DNA of 64,000 nucleotides from an uncultured cyanobacterium. Lineage in GTDB: Bacteria; Cyanobacteriota; Cyanobacteriia; PCC-9006; JAAUQQ01. How positions within the stretch are numbered: the first letter of the stretch is position 1; each line of letters opens with the position of its first letter. The notes beneath the pieces are model-generated. The model worked only from the letters and a program-made list of their open reading frames with translations. It was not told the DNA's origin and did no database searches. The DNA lies in NCBI GenBank assembly GCA_963718615.1, contig OY970368.1, positions 6,016,001 through 6,080,000 of the forward strand. Reading direction: 5' to 3'. Positions 10,503-19,813 of this stretch are shown in pieces. The translations under genes and the position numbers were made by a program.

Positions 10503-11423
10503 ATGTTGCGACTCTTCAAGGAGTCTGGCGATCGCGCGTTAACTGACGCGCCAGCCCCACATGGGCACATCAGCTCGCCTGCTCTAGTACCGCCACCCAA
10601 GCCAACGGAGTTTTCTCGCCTTTCCTGGGGCGATCGCGATTTTCTCAGGATCATCCAGCACCAAGGCGTGGCGGAAACTCACCTAGACCAGCTCCAGATT
10701 CCTGGCACCGCTGCCATGGTCGCTGCGGCCCAAACCCTGGCGGCGGGTTTGCCCAGTACCCAGGGGCTACGGGCGGAAACGGAAGATGATTTTGGGGGGC
10801 ATTGTGTCCATGCGGATTCGGCGGAGATTGCGACAAACTATCCGGAAATTATTGCTTGGGCGTTGAATGAGCGGCTTCTGGATTTGGCTGAGCAACAGAT
10901 TGGCTGTGCGCCTGCATTTATTGGGGTGGCGCTGCGGAAAGACAGTCCCAATGGTCAGCAGGTGGGGACTCGGCTTTGGCATGTAGATGGTGAGGATAAA
11001 CAGGTTTTTAAGATCCTGGTTTATCTCAATGATGTGGATGCGAATAATGGTCCGTTTGAGTATGTGCCGAAGAATTGCTTTAATGCGCGCTATCGGCGGT
11101 TGAGTCTCAAATATCATCGCCATTGGCAGTATTACTGCAAAAACGAGGATCTGGCGAAGATGGTGCCTGTTTCCCAGTGGCGAGCGGCAACGGGGCCTGC
11201 GGGGACGGTGTTGTTGGCGGATACGACGAGTGTGTTTCACCATGGGGCGATCGCGCAGTCTGGTGAACGGTTGGCGTTGATTTTTGCTTATACCTCTCAG
11301 CGTCCTCGGGATCGATCGCTGTGTGAGAGGTTTTTCCCTCGGGCGGATTTGTTGGCGGCGATCGCGCCTCGGTTTTCCCCCCGTCAGCAGGATTGTTTGT
11401 TGAATTGGCGGCGATCGCGGTAA
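10503..11423 (+). CDS. 2OG-Fe(II) oxygenase / PhyH-like protein
   Basis: WHVD (HxD), KILVYLNDV..NGPFEYVP, GPAGTVLLADT..FHHG, distal Arg. Confidence 0.75.
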   Translation: MLRLFKESGDRALTDAPAPHGHISSPALVPPPKPTEFSRLSWGDRDFLRIIQHQGVAETHLDQLQIPGTAAMVAAAQTLAAGLPSTQGLRAETEDDFGGHCVHADSAEIATNYPEIIAWALNERLLDLAEQQIGCAPAFIGVALRKDSPNGQQVGTRLWHVDGEDKQVFKILVYLNDVDANNGPFEYVPKNCFNARYRRLSLKYHRHWQYYCKNEDLAKMVPVSQWRAATGPAGTVLLADTTSVFHHGAIAQSGERLALIFAYTSQRPRDRSLCERFFPRADLLAAIAPRFSPRQQDCLLNWRRSR

Positions 11424-11448
11424 TCTCTTGACGGTATTCATTGATTCC

Positions 11449-12153
11449 TCACTCGTAAATTGCCAATACTGTGGCGATCGCTTCCTGTCGTCGTTTCTGG
11501 TCGGCCCAAATCAGCTCCTCCCGATTACCCAACCCCGGAGCATCCCAGCGATTCAGATCTGGATCCCAATAAGCCCAGGTGCGAGCCCAGATAATGGCTT
11601 CCTGCTGATCCATAAAACGAGTACGTGTTTCTGATAACCGGTCCAAATAGCCTCCCGGTAAGAGGGCTGCGCCTGGAGATTGATTGGCTAGGTCCAAAGC
11701 ATTTAGCCATTCTTCTTTGGAGAGGATTAAGCCCCGCTGCTTGGCTTGCTCCTGCAACTGTTCTTGCTGCTGTCGTAGGCGGGCAAGCTGTTTGTTATCG
11801 GCATCTTCTGGAGAAGCAGCAGGATGTTGATACGAGAAAAGGCCTATATTCCAGCGCTTATTGCCGGGATCCAAATGACGTTTATAGGCCCAGGTCGGTT
11901 GCCCGTTGCGATCTAAGGTTCCTTCTGCATAGCCAATGGTTCGTTTGATCAAATCATCAGACAAAATATCGCTATTGCGGTTGCTTGTGCTACAGGAATT
12001 CTGGCATAGAGGGTAACCTGTGGGCAGGATGAAAGGGGGGTCTGGTTGCTGGGCAGGCGGATAGGCTATAAGAGAGGTGCTGACCAATAGCCCCAAAGTA
12101 ACCGGAGCGAAGAGGCGCTGAAGGGGGCGGCGATTCTGCTGGTTCTTTTTCAT
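11449..12153 (-). CDS. Secreted protein, possible lysozyme-like peptidoglycan hydrolase
   Basis: Signal-peptide-like N-terminus, Pro linker, IGYAEGT (candidate catalytic Glu) and DPGNxxWNIGLFSYQ; fold is inferred. Confidence 0.55.
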   Translation of the reverse strand: MKKNQQNRRPLQRLFAPVTLGLLVSTSLIAYPPAQQPDPPFILPTGYPLCQNSCSTSNRNSDILSDDLIKRTIGYAEGTLDRNGQPTWAYKRHLDPGNKRWNIGLFSYQHPAASPEDADNKQLARLRQQQEQLQEQAKQRGLILSKEEWLNALDLANQSPGAALLPGGYLDRLSETRTRFMDQQEAIIWARTWAYWDPDLNRWDAPGLGNREELIWADQKRRQEAIATVLAIYE

Positions 12154-12305
12154 GGCTGATACAACTAAATGGAAGATTGTGGTGCAGATTTACGTTTTTT
12201 TGCCAAGGGAAAGCTGAGCCTCTGGCTGTAACCAAGGCGGAAGGGGGAGAGGAGGGCTGGTGCTAGCTGCCCTCGCTCAAGGACTGCAATGGGGAAAAGT
12301 GGGTC

Positions 12306-13049
12306 TTAGGGGTGCAGTTGCTGTTCGACCACGTTGGGGCTAACGCCGATGATTTGACCGTCTACGACGATCCACGTGAAGAAATCGACGTGTTCTCCAT
12401 AGTCGCCACCTGTCTTGCCCATGATGCCGATGGGCTCACCTTGGGCAATGTGCTGACCGGGTTCGACGGAGAAGCTTTCGGCATGGGCATAGGCTCCGTA
12501 GAGGGGATAGTCCTGGCCTTGAAATCGAACAGTGATGTCGAAGTCGATATGGCAGCGGTTGCCGTAGCCTGGTTCCTGCTGAACTGCATAGACTGTTCCA
12601 GGCCAGGAGGTGCGGATAGCCTTGGGATGGGCGAATGGATCGCCGTTTTGAGCATTTTTGACCACATAATCAATGCCCTTGTTGTAATGCCCTGCATGCA
12701 AGACCTTGGGCTGGTCTGAATCGGCTAGCAGTGCGAGAGTTTTGTGGTTTTTCCAGCCATGGCCTTCTGGCTCAAACGCGCCTCCGGTTTGGATGATTTC
12801 ACCCAAGATTTTAGACTTGAAGGTCGGATAACCTTTATATCGCCAGAGCTGTTCTTCGGAGAACTTTTCTCCTTTGGGGAGAATGGGCTGCAGTTTGGAT
12901 TCGGCGGGTGGGGTGGGAGGCACCTGGATGGTGGATGGGGGTGGAGGGTCGTTGGGCTTGAGGAGCAATGCGCCGCAGAGGAGGGGAGAGACCAAAAGCA
13001 GAAGGACTTTGACCCAGCGTTGAGAATTTTTGGTGATTTGTTTGTTCAC
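12306..13049 (-). CDS. Secreted M23-family (LytM-like) peptidase domain protein, degenerate metal ligands
   Basis: N-terminal TM, GID motif, GYGN, YAH, V.PGQ.I.QGEPIGIMGKTG, HVDF. Confidence 0.75.
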   Translation of the reverse strand: MNKQITKNSQRWVKVLLLLVSPLLCGALLLKPNDPPPPSTIQVPPTPPAESKLQPILPKGEKFSEEQLWRYKGYPTFKSKILGEIIQTGGAFEPEGHGWKNHKTLALLADSDQPKVLHAGHYNKGIDYVVKNAQNGDPFAHPKAIRTSWPGTVYAVQQEPGYGNRCHIDFDITVRFQGQDYPLYGAYAHAESFSVEPGQHIAQGEPIGIMGKTGGDYGEHVDFFTWIVVDGQIIGVSPNVVEQQLHP

Positions 13050-13195
13050 GGGGGAACTCTCCAGACAGATATTTCTAACTGTTTTATTTCCTGGAGCCGA
13101 AAGTCTGTGTGAATCATTGGCATTGGCAGCAAAAGTTTTTTCTTCAGTGCCGGAAAGCCAGTCCTAGAGACAATTGAGAGCGAAGAAACTAAAAT

Positions 13196-13243
13196 GGGCC
13201 GGGTCTGTCAATAATTTGCAGGGCCGACTGTCAATAATTGACA
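13196..13243. promoter_or_regulatory. Candidate operator between divergent genes
   Basis: Direct repeat GGGCCG-N1-3-CTGTCAATAATT x2; second copy extends into palindrome TGTCAAT-A-ATTGACA (13229-13243). Confidence 0.45.
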
Positions 13244-14383
13244 AAATTTGCGGAGCAGTGGGAACGGGTGAACGAAAAGCAATGCCGACTAACGTCGAGG
13301 GGGATGCAGGATCTTAAATCGCTGATCTCAGGTGTTTTTCTCAAAAAGCCCACGCACATAGAGATGGGAGTTTTGTGTGGTGTGAATCGAAACACTATAA
13401 GTCTGATTCGGCGGGAATGCCCTCAGGCTCACCATGCTCAGATTTTTGAGAGGATTTTTAACGCACTCAACGCGAACCTTAGAGAGGATTATTCGGGCAA
13501 GCCTTGTCCCTTTGATATTGAAAAGCACTGTGAGGAATTCCAGGATGTTTCAGGGCGATCGCCCCAAACCCCCCCTGCAAGCACTTCTGTAACCCTGAAT
13601 CCAGAGCAGCAAATTGCGGATCTGTTGTGGGAGTTGGATTGTGTTGCCCAAAAGGCTTGTTTTGACGAACGTTGGGTGGGGTGCGATCGCGCCGCCATCA
13701 TCTCCATCCGCGCCAAGGGCATCGATACCCAAAAATGGCTGGTAAAACGCTTTGCCAGAAAGGTCCCTAGGTTTTCAACAGCACGACCCTTCCCTATCGA
13801 AGTGCGTTCCCATGATATGCGGTGGAATTTTGAGGCATTCTGGGAGGAACTGGCGAGACCGCTGGAAATCGCAGCGGAGCCGGAGGATGTTATCCAAAGG
13901 CTCTGTGATTGTTACCAAACCCAGTCAGTGGTGATTGCGCTGTATGGCTTGGACGGTGGGAAACGTTTTGCCAAGGAGCGACAGCAGGTGATGGAGGAGT
14001 TTTGGCAGCCGCTTTATGAAAAAGTTTGTGCATTGCCGCGATCGCCCAGCTCCCGCCTCGTCCTCTTTTTAACAGGAGAGGTAGCCCAATCTGACGATGT
14101 AGCGGAGAATTTGACTGATGAGCCCCTGAGTTCGGTATACTCCCTACGCCTGCCAGATTTGGCAACTATCAGCCAGCGGGACGTTGAGCTGTGGTTAACC
14201 CAAGATGATGTTTACAACGCGCTTTGTGGCCTTCGCCAAAACTTGGATTTTGATACCCTTCTCAGGGATGATCTACCCAACTGGACAGATTACCCTGGGG
14301 AGGTTTTTCAAGAGATTCGATCGCTGTTTGACAATTTGGATTTCAATTTGGATTTACGGAGTCACTGGGAGCTAGCCGGGTAA
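13238..14383 (+). CDS. N-terminal HTH-like + inactive-STAND (iSTAND)-like protein of a MoxR-vWA system (start may be GTG 13268 or ATG 13304)
   Basis: THIEMGVLCGVNRNTISLIRR resembles an Xre HTH; C-terminal LLWELDC..Q, QKWLVKR, FWQPLY, RLVLFL pattern without a Walker A; stop abuts the MoxR ATG. Confidence 0.65.
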   Translation: MTKFAEQWERVNEKQCRLTSRGMQDLKSLISGVFLKKPTHIEMGVLCGVNRNTISLIRRECPQAHHAQIFERIFNALNANLREDYSGKPCPFDIEKHCEEFQDVSGRSPQTPPASTSVTLNPEQQIADLLWELDCVAQKACFDERWVGCDRAAIISIRAKGIDTQKWLVKRFARKVPRFSTARPFPIEVRSHDMRWNFEAFWEELARPLEIAAEPEDVIQRLCDCYQTQSVVIALYGLDGGKRFAKERQQVMEEFWQPLYEKVCALPRSPSSRLVLFLTGEVAQSDDVAENLTDEPLSSVYSLRLPDLATISQRDVELWLTQDDVYNALCGLRQNLDFDTLLRDDLPNWTDYPGEVFQEIRSLFDNLDFNLDLRSHWELAG

Positions 14384-15436
14384 ATGAGTACAGAATCTGA
14401 GCGTACAAAATTTGACTACAGCTACAGCGGCACAATCCAGCCTCCCCAGAACGGTACGAAAGACTCGGTAGGCCGGACTTACCATCCCTACATCCCCAGC
14501 GATGACCTGCGGGAGGTGGTGAACCTGGCGCTCAAGCTTCAGCGTCCGCTGTTGCTGGAGGGGGATCCGGGGTGTGGGAAGACGAAATTGGCGGGGGCGA
14601 TCGCCTACGAACTCACCCAAAGATACCTCGCTGGCAAAACAGACAAAGACAGCAACCCCCTCTGGTGGCCCTACTACATCTGGAACGTCAAATCCGTTAG
14701 CCAAGCCCAAGACGGTCTGTATCGCTATGATGCGGTGGCTCGGTTGCGGGATGCTCAGCTCGTGGGTTCCGATCCGCAGCGGTTGGCGGGGTATTTGGGG
14801 GAAGAGGAAAGCAAAAAGCTGATCGATCGCCTCAAGGACCGCAGGCGCTACCGAGAGTTTGGCCCCCTGGGCAAAGCCCTACGGCATCGGGATCAGCGAC
14901 CAATTTTGCTGATCGACGAAATCGACAAAGCCGACAGCGACTTTCCCAACGATCTCTTGCTGGAACTGGACGAACTGCGGTTTGAGATTCCCCAAACGGG
15001 CGAGGAAATCCCCACGCCGGATCAGAAGCCGATTATTTTAATTACCAGCAACCGCGAGAAACCGCTGCCGGAGCCGTTTTTGCGGCGATGCCTCTATTTT
15101 TATGTGGATTTCCCCGACGAGGAGCGACTGCTCACCATCATTCAGCAGCGGTTTGGTGCGCCCAAGCGGGGACAGACGGCGGTAATCAAAGCAGCAGTGA
15201 AGCGGTTTTACGAGATTCGGGAGCTGCTGGCCGATGAGCCAGGAAGCCGGGAGCCGGGGACGAGTGAGTTTTTGGAGTTTTTGTCGGTGTTGTTGCAGAA
15301 GTCGAGCAAAGAGGCCCAGGAAGATCTAGAAAACCTAGCGGAGCGGTTGCCGTTGTTGGGGACGTTGCTCAAGAATCGGGCCGATCAACAAAGGTTCCAA
15401 GCGAGTGAGGGAAGGAAAAATAAGGAACAAAAATGA
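14384..15436 (+). CDS. MoxR-family AAA+ ATPase
   Basis: RPLLLEGDPGCGKT, YDAVARLRDAQL, LLIDEIDKADSDFPNDLL, ITSNREKPLPEPFLRRC. Confidence 0.93.
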   Translation: MSTESERTKFDYSYSGTIQPPQNGTKDSVGRTYHPYIPSDDLREVVNLALKLQRPLLLEGDPGCGKTKLAGAIAYELTQRYLAGKTDKDSNPLWWPYYIWNVKSVSQAQDGLYRYDAVARLRDAQLVGSDPQRLAGYLGEEESKKLIDRLKDRRRYREFGPLGKALRHRDQRPILLIDEIDKADSDFPNDLLLELDELRFEIPQTGEEIPTPDQKPIILITSNREKPLPEPFLRRCLYFYVDFPDEERLLTIIQQRFGAPKRGQTAVIKAAVKRFYEIRELLADEPGSREPGTSEFLEFLSVLLQKSSKEAQEDLENLAERLPLLGTLLKNRADQQRFQASEGRKNKEQK

Positions 15437-15469
15437 TGATTAATCTCCGGCAAAACCACAGGTTGATAC

Positions 15470-15643
15470 GTAGGTTGGCGTTGAGCGAAGCGAAACCCAA
15501 CAGCCATAGCCAAGATTGGGCTGGGGTTTCGGCTGGGGTTTCGACTGGGGTTTCGGCTGGGGTTTCGGCTGGGGTTTCGGCTGGGGTTTCGGCTGGGGTT
15601 TCGGCTGGGGTGATGTTGGGTTTCGTGCCTCAACCCAACCTAC
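15470..15643. mobile_element. REP doublet (REPIN-like) 1 containing a 12-bp tandem array
   Basis: Left REP GTAG-GTTGGCGTT...AACCCAAC 15470-15501; inverted right REP GTTGGGTTTCGTGCCTCAACCCAACCTAC 15615-15643. Confidence 0.85.
15519..15611 (+). repeat. Tandem repeat (GGCTGGGGTTTC) x7 plus partial
   Basis: Read directly; third unit is GACTGGGGTTTC. Confidence 0.95.
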
Positions 15644-15656
15644 GGTTGCATGACTT

Positions 15657-16736
15657 ATGGCAATAGACTCCGCCCCCTTTCTGGATTTGTTTTTGCGGCT
15701 GCGGGCTGCGGGGATGCCGCTGTCGCCGGAGCAGTATGACCTGTTGCGGCAGTCCTTGGACCAGGGCATTGGCCTCGGGGGCTGGGACGATTTGCAGCGA
15801 ATCTGCCGCTGCCTGTGGCTAAAGCAGCCGCCCCACAGCCCAGAAGCCAAAACCTTTGATCGGGTTTTCAACGAATACCGCCAACAATCCCTCCCAACCC
15901 CATCCCGTAGGGACGAACAGCCGTTCGTCCCACCCCCGCCACAGCCACAGCCTCCACCAATCCCACAGCCCACCCCCTGGCCACCCCCCATCCCCCCGCG
16001 CAAAAAAACGCCGGATTCCCAAGCCCAGCCAGACCCAAAAGCCCATGAAAAAGCTCCGGTCGCGGTACGGGCCGAGGCAAAACCTGAGGCAATGTCCAAT
16101 CTGCATCCATTTCGGCTGGAGCCAAGGGATCTACCCGTTTCCCTGGAGCAGGTGCAAATGAGCTGGCGCATGTTGCGGCGTCCGGTGGCGGAGGGGCCAG
16201 CGCGGGAGTTGGATTTGGAGGCGACCCTTCGACGAATTGGCAGCGAGGGCCTGTTTGGCGATGTGGTCTTGCGTCCGGTGCGGCGACGGCGGGCGGAGCT
16301 GTTGCTGCTGGTGGATGAGGCCGGGGCGATGGTGCCATTTCGGCCTGCCTTGGGGCCGCTGCGGCGGGCCATGCAGGAAAGGCGGGTTTCCCCTGGGGTG
16401 GAATATCGCTTTACGGCCTATCCCGAGGAGTATGTTTATGACCCGCAAAACCGAGGACAGGCGCTGCCGCTGCGGCAGGTGGTGTCTCGGTTGCACGAAA
16501 AGCGGACAGTGGTGATGATCTGGAGTGATGGGGGCGCGGCGACAAGGCGCTATAGCGAGGAACGGGTGCGGCAAACCATCGCGTTTTTGGGTCGGCTGTT
16601 GCCCTGTGTGCGCCAGGTGATTTGGCTGAATCCGTTGCCGAGGGAGCGCTGGGCAGAAAGTTCTGCCGCTGCCATTGACCAATATTTAGCCGCCACCCCA
16701 ACCGGCCAAATGATTCCGTTTTCCGAGTTCAAATGA
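15657..16736 (+). CDS. vWA (CoxE-like) domain protein of the MoxR system
   Basis: LFLRLRAAGMPL N-terminus, Pro-rich linker, ELDLEATL, LLLVDEAGAMVPF (degenerate MIDAS), IWSDGGAA, WLNPLPRERW. Confidence 0.85.
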   Translation: MAIDSAPFLDLFLRLRAAGMPLSPEQYDLLRQSLDQGIGLGGWDDLQRICRCLWLKQPPHSPEAKTFDRVFNEYRQQSLPTPSRRDEQPFVPPPPQPQPPPIPQPTPWPPPIPPRKKTPDSQAQPDPKAHEKAPVAVRAEAKPEAMSNLHPFRLEPRDLPVSLEQVQMSWRMLRRPVAEGPARELDLEATLRRIGSEGLFGDVVLRPVRRRRAELLLLVDEAGAMVPFRPALGPLRRAMQERRVSPGVEYRFTAYPEEYVYDPQNRGQALPLRQVVSRLHEKRTVVMIWSDGGAATRRYSEERVRQTIAFLGRLLPCVRQVIWLNPLPRERWAESSAAAIDQYLAATPTGQMIPFSEFK

Positions 16737-16760
16737 CCCATCGAACATAACCCGCCAAAT

Positions 16761-18341
16761 ATGACCAGCCGGACCAGCCAACAAATCCAAGCCTTTGAAC
16801 GGCGCTATGGGACAGCGACGCTGGATTTGGCCTGCCATGGAGCGTTTCCGCTGACGCTGACGACGGAGTTGCTCTATTGTTTGCGGGAGCAGTTTAATTT
16901 GGATTGCGACTGGTATGGGGCGGCGGATGTGTTGCTGTCGGGGTTGTGTCGGTCGGTGGGGCACGACCTGTATGAGATGGATGGCCCTTTGCGCAATGCG
17001 CTGTTGTGGCGGCTGGCGCAGCGGCTGGAGCAGCGGTTTCCGGAGCGTTTGGAAGAGTTAGAAGCATTCATGGTGGCCTATATTCGCCATCGTTTGCAGG
17101 TGGAGGAAAATCGGCGGGCGCTGGTGCTGGGGGATCCGGAGCGGATGCACTGGACGGCGTTGGCCTGTTTGCGGTCTGAGGAAGCGATCGAAGCGATTCG
17201 TCAGGATTTGCAGCGGCTGACGGCGGCGGATGTGAACCCGGAGGAGCGGTTTCGGTTGGCGGCGTTGGTGGAGAGTTATGGGGATTTTTTGGCGGAGCAG
17301 GATTATCGACCTGTGCTGCTGGACTGGGCAGAGAAGCTGGCGGAGGGGGAGCCGATTGATGGGCGGGCGGCGGCAGTAGCGACGGCGGCAGCAGCGGCAG
17401 CGCGGGCGGGGTTTCCGGCGTTGAAGACGTTGGAGTTTGAGCTGGCGGAGATGGTGTTGGGCGAGGATGGGCCGGATTTGCCGATTGAGCAGTTGGGAAA
17501 ATTTCGGTTTGAGACAGTGACAGTGGATCGGCGGGGACGGATCAAGAAGCGGGAGGAGAAGGAGGCGTTTTATTTTGTGGAGCCTTTGGGGGAGGCGGGG
17601 CCGTTTTTGGAGATGGTGGCGGTGCAGGGCGGCAGGTTCATGATGGGATCGCCAAAAGATGAGCCGGGACGGTGGGATTCTGAGGGGCCGCAGCATGAGG
17701 TGGTGGTACCGAGTTTTTTTATGGGGCGGTATCCGGTGACCCAGGCACAGTGGCAGGCGATTGCCCAAACCTCGAAGGTGAAGCACGATCTGGAACTAAA
17801 CCCATCTCACTTCAAAGGGAAAGACCGTCCCGTGGAGCGGGCGTATTGGCAGGATGCGGTGGAATTTTGTGCGCGGCTGAGCCGGGAAACGGGGCGGGAA
17901 TATCGCTTGCCGAGCGAGGCGGAGTGGGAATATGCCTGCCGAGCGGGGACGACGACGCCGTTTCATTTTGGGGAGATGATTACCCCTGGGCTGGCGAACT
18001 ACAACGTTAGCTCTGCCTATAACAAGGGGCCAAAGGGTCAATATCGAAAAGAAACGACCCCGGTGGGAAGTTTTCCGGCCAATGGGTTTGGGCTCTGTGA
18101 CATGCATGGGAATGTCTGGGAATGGTGTGCAGATCACTGGCATGAGAACTATGAGGGAGCACCGACAGATGGAAGTGCTTGGCTAGAAAAAGACTCTAAG
18201 TTGCATGTACAACGCGGCGGCTTCTGGAAACGTCGTCCCAAGAGTTGCCGCTCCGCGTCCCGCTACTTCAGCCACTTTCTCGCGCCCCGCCACTTCAGTT
18301 TCGGTTTTCGAGTGATGTGTGTTTTGCCGAGGACTCCCTAG
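16761..18341 (+). CDS. Helical N-terminal domain + FGE-sulfatase (SUMF1/CLec-fold) protein; putative DGR target
   Basis: FERRYG..LACHGAFPLTLT N-terminus; [51 protein letters not shown]. Confidence 0.9.
   Translation: MTSRTSQQIQAFERRYGTATLDLACHGAFPLTLTTELLYCLREQFNLDCDWYGAADVLLSGLCRSVGHDLYEMDGPLRNALLWRLAQRLEQRFPERLEELEAFMVAYIRHRLQVEENRRALVLGDPERMHWTALACLRSEEAIEAIRQDLQRLTAADVNPEERFRLAALVESYGDFLAEQDYRPVLLDWAEKLAEGEPIDGRAAAVATAAAAAARAGFPALKTLEFELAEMVLGEDGPDLPIEQLGKFRFETVTVDRRGRIKKREEKEAFYFVEPLGEAGPFLEMVAVQGGRFMMGSPKDEPGRWDSEGPQHEVVVPSFFMGRYPVTQAQWQAIAQTSKVKHDLELNPSHFKGKDRPVERAYWQDAVEFCARLSRETGREYRLPSEAEWEYACRAGTTTPFHFGEMITPGLANYNVSSAYNKGPKGQYRKETTPVGSFPANGFGLCDMHGNVWEWCADHWHENYEGAPTDGSAWLEKDSKLHVQRGGFWKRRPKSCRSASRYFSHFLAPRHFSFGFRVMCVLPRTP
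18207..18341 (+). other. DGR-like variable region VR1 with invariant 3' (IMH-like) end
   Basis: Pairs with 20808-20939; differences cluster at codon positions 1-2 of NNC/NNT codons; the terminal TCGGTTTTCGAGTG...ACTCCCTAG stretch is identical. Confidence 0.8.
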
Positions 18342-18386
18342 CCCTCTGCTCTTTTGCCCTCTTGCCCTTTGGGCTGTTGGGTTGCT

Positions 18387-18401
18387 TCGCGCGGAGCGCG
18401 A
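18387..18401 (+). other. GC hairpin downstream of VR1
   Basis: TCGCGC-GGA-GCGCGA; same stem at 20984-20998 with loop GCA. Confidence 0.65.
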
Positions 18402-18488
18402 TCAAAATTTTTGGGGGTTTGGGGTGTTCGGTGGGGGTGATTCCTCTCGGTGGAACGGCAGGTGATCGAAAATGTCGCGGCGGAGACG

Positions 18489-19067
18489 GTAGGTTGGCGT
18501 TGAACGAACGTGAAACCCAACATGCTCCAACCATGGCTTTGCCCGTTATCCACCAACCATGGCTTTGCCCGTTATCCACCAACCATGGCTTTGCCCGTTA
18601 TCCACCAACCATGGCTTTGCCCGTTATCCACCAACCATGGCTTTGCCCGTTATCCACCAACCATGGCTTTGCCCGTTATCCACCAACCATGGCTTTGCCC
18701 GTTATCCACCAACCATGGCTTTGCCCGTTATCCACCAACCATGGCTTTGCCCGTTATCCACCAACCATAGCTTTGCCCGTTATCCACCAACCATGGCTTT
18801 GCCCGTTATCCACCAACCATGGCTTTGCCCGTTATCCACCAACCATGGCTTTGCCCGTTATCCACCAACCATGGCTTTGCCCGTTATCCACCAACCATGG
18901 CTTTGCCCGTTATCCACCAACCACGGCTTTGCCCGTTATCCACCAACCATGGCTTTGCCCGTTATCCACCAACCATGGCTTTGCCCGTTATCCACCAACC
19001 ACGGCTTTGCCCGTTATCCACCAACCATGGCTTTGCCCGTTGGGTTTCGTGCCTCAACCCAACCTAC
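18489..19067. mobile_element. REP doublet 2 containing a 26-bp tandem array
   Basis: Left REP 18489-18521 (GTAGGTTGGCGTTGAACGAACGTGAAACCCAAC), inverted right REP 19039-19067. Confidence 0.85.
18527..19041 (+). repeat. Tandem repeat (CCATGGCTTTGCCCGTTATCCACCAA) ~19.8 copies
   Basis: Unit starts every 26 bp from 18531 to 19025; three single-base variants; no spacers. Confidence 0.95.
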
Positions 19068-19089
19068 GGGTAATTGTTTTGGCCCAATT

Positions 19090-19234
19090 GTAGGTTGGTG
19101 TTGGACGAACGTGAAACCCAACAGCCTGAGGGAGGGCGATCGCAAAGGATCATGGATGACTCAATCATGATTTTCGTACGGGCGATTTCCCCCTTGCTTA
19201 AGCTTGTTGGGTTTCGTGCCTCAACCCAACCTAC
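19090..19234. mobile_element. REP doublet 3 (no internal array)
   Basis: Left REP 19090-19122, inverted right REP 19206-19234. Confidence 0.8.
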
Positions 19235-19270
19235 GAGGGTTGATGTGTGGGTTAATTCATTATGATTTTC

Positions 19271-19813
19271 CTAGGGACGATCGCCTATGGGTGGCTCGAA
19301 ATGATGCGCAGGGGCAGCCCAACTGTGAGGATAATACCCTTGGTTGACATAGCGATGAAAACTAGAATAAGGCCAATCTTTAGGAGCCTTGACCCATCCA
19401 TGTTTGACCGGATTGTAATGAATGTAGTCTAGGTGATTTGCCAGATCCAATTCATCGCGAATACAATGCTCCCAAAAGCGCCGTTGCCATACATTTCGTT
19501 CTTGTTTACTCTGCCGAGACAGGGAAATCACTTCTGTAGACTCACGGGGATAATGGCGGCTGAAATGGCCTTTAATTAATCTCCAGCGAGTTGAAAAATT
19601 AGCATCACCCTCCGGTAACGTCCAAATGCAATGAAGATGATCAGGCAAAATGACAGCCGCATCAATGATGAAGGGATGCTTGGTGCGCACAGACCTAAAG
19701 GACTGACGGAGAATAGCAATATGCTCTGGATCTTGGAAAAGGGGGCGGCGATCGCTCGTTACCACCGTAAAAAAATAGGTTCCTCCAGAGACTTTGGCGC
19801 GACGGTATTGCAT
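19271..19813 (-). CDS. rayT: REP-associated tyrosine transposase (RAYT / TnpA-REP, HUH Y1 family)
   Basis: YRR...GGTYFFTVVT, VILPDHLHCIW (HUH), WQRRFWEHCIRD, DYIHYNPVKHG (catalytic Tyr), DWPYSSF; GTAG REP doublets on both sides. Confidence 0.93.
   Translation of the reverse strand: MQYRRAKVSGGTYFFTVVTSDRRPLFQDPEHIAILRQSFRSVRTKHPFIIDAAVILPDHLHCIWTLPEGDANFSTRWRLIKGHFSRHYPRESTEVISLSRQSKQERNVWQRRFWEHCIRDELDLANHLDYIHYNPVKHGWVKAPKDWPYSSFHRYVNQGYYPHSWAAPAHHFEPPIGDRP

Noticed and set aside
15385-16372. ORFs with RNPS, VSAG or PKPQ repeats
   Set aside because: Translations of the 12-bp array, or antisense to the vWA gene
16736-16761. vWA and FGE1 as a broken fusion (pseudogene)
   Set aside because: vWA ends after its complete WLNP..RW motif and the next ORF has its own ATG and typical N-terminal motif; separate genes are plausible
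18527-19041. CRISPR array
   Set aside because: Units are contiguous 26-bp repeats with no unique spacers; no cas genes in the window
18245-19170. Long ORFs with MALPVIHQPWLCPLSTNHGFARYPPT repeats
   Set aside because: The stop-free 26-bp unit opens all three frames; artefact of the array
19271-19813. IS200/IS605 insertion sequence
   Set aside because: No tnpB; RAYT-type motifs and flanking GTAG REP doublets fit a RAYT better
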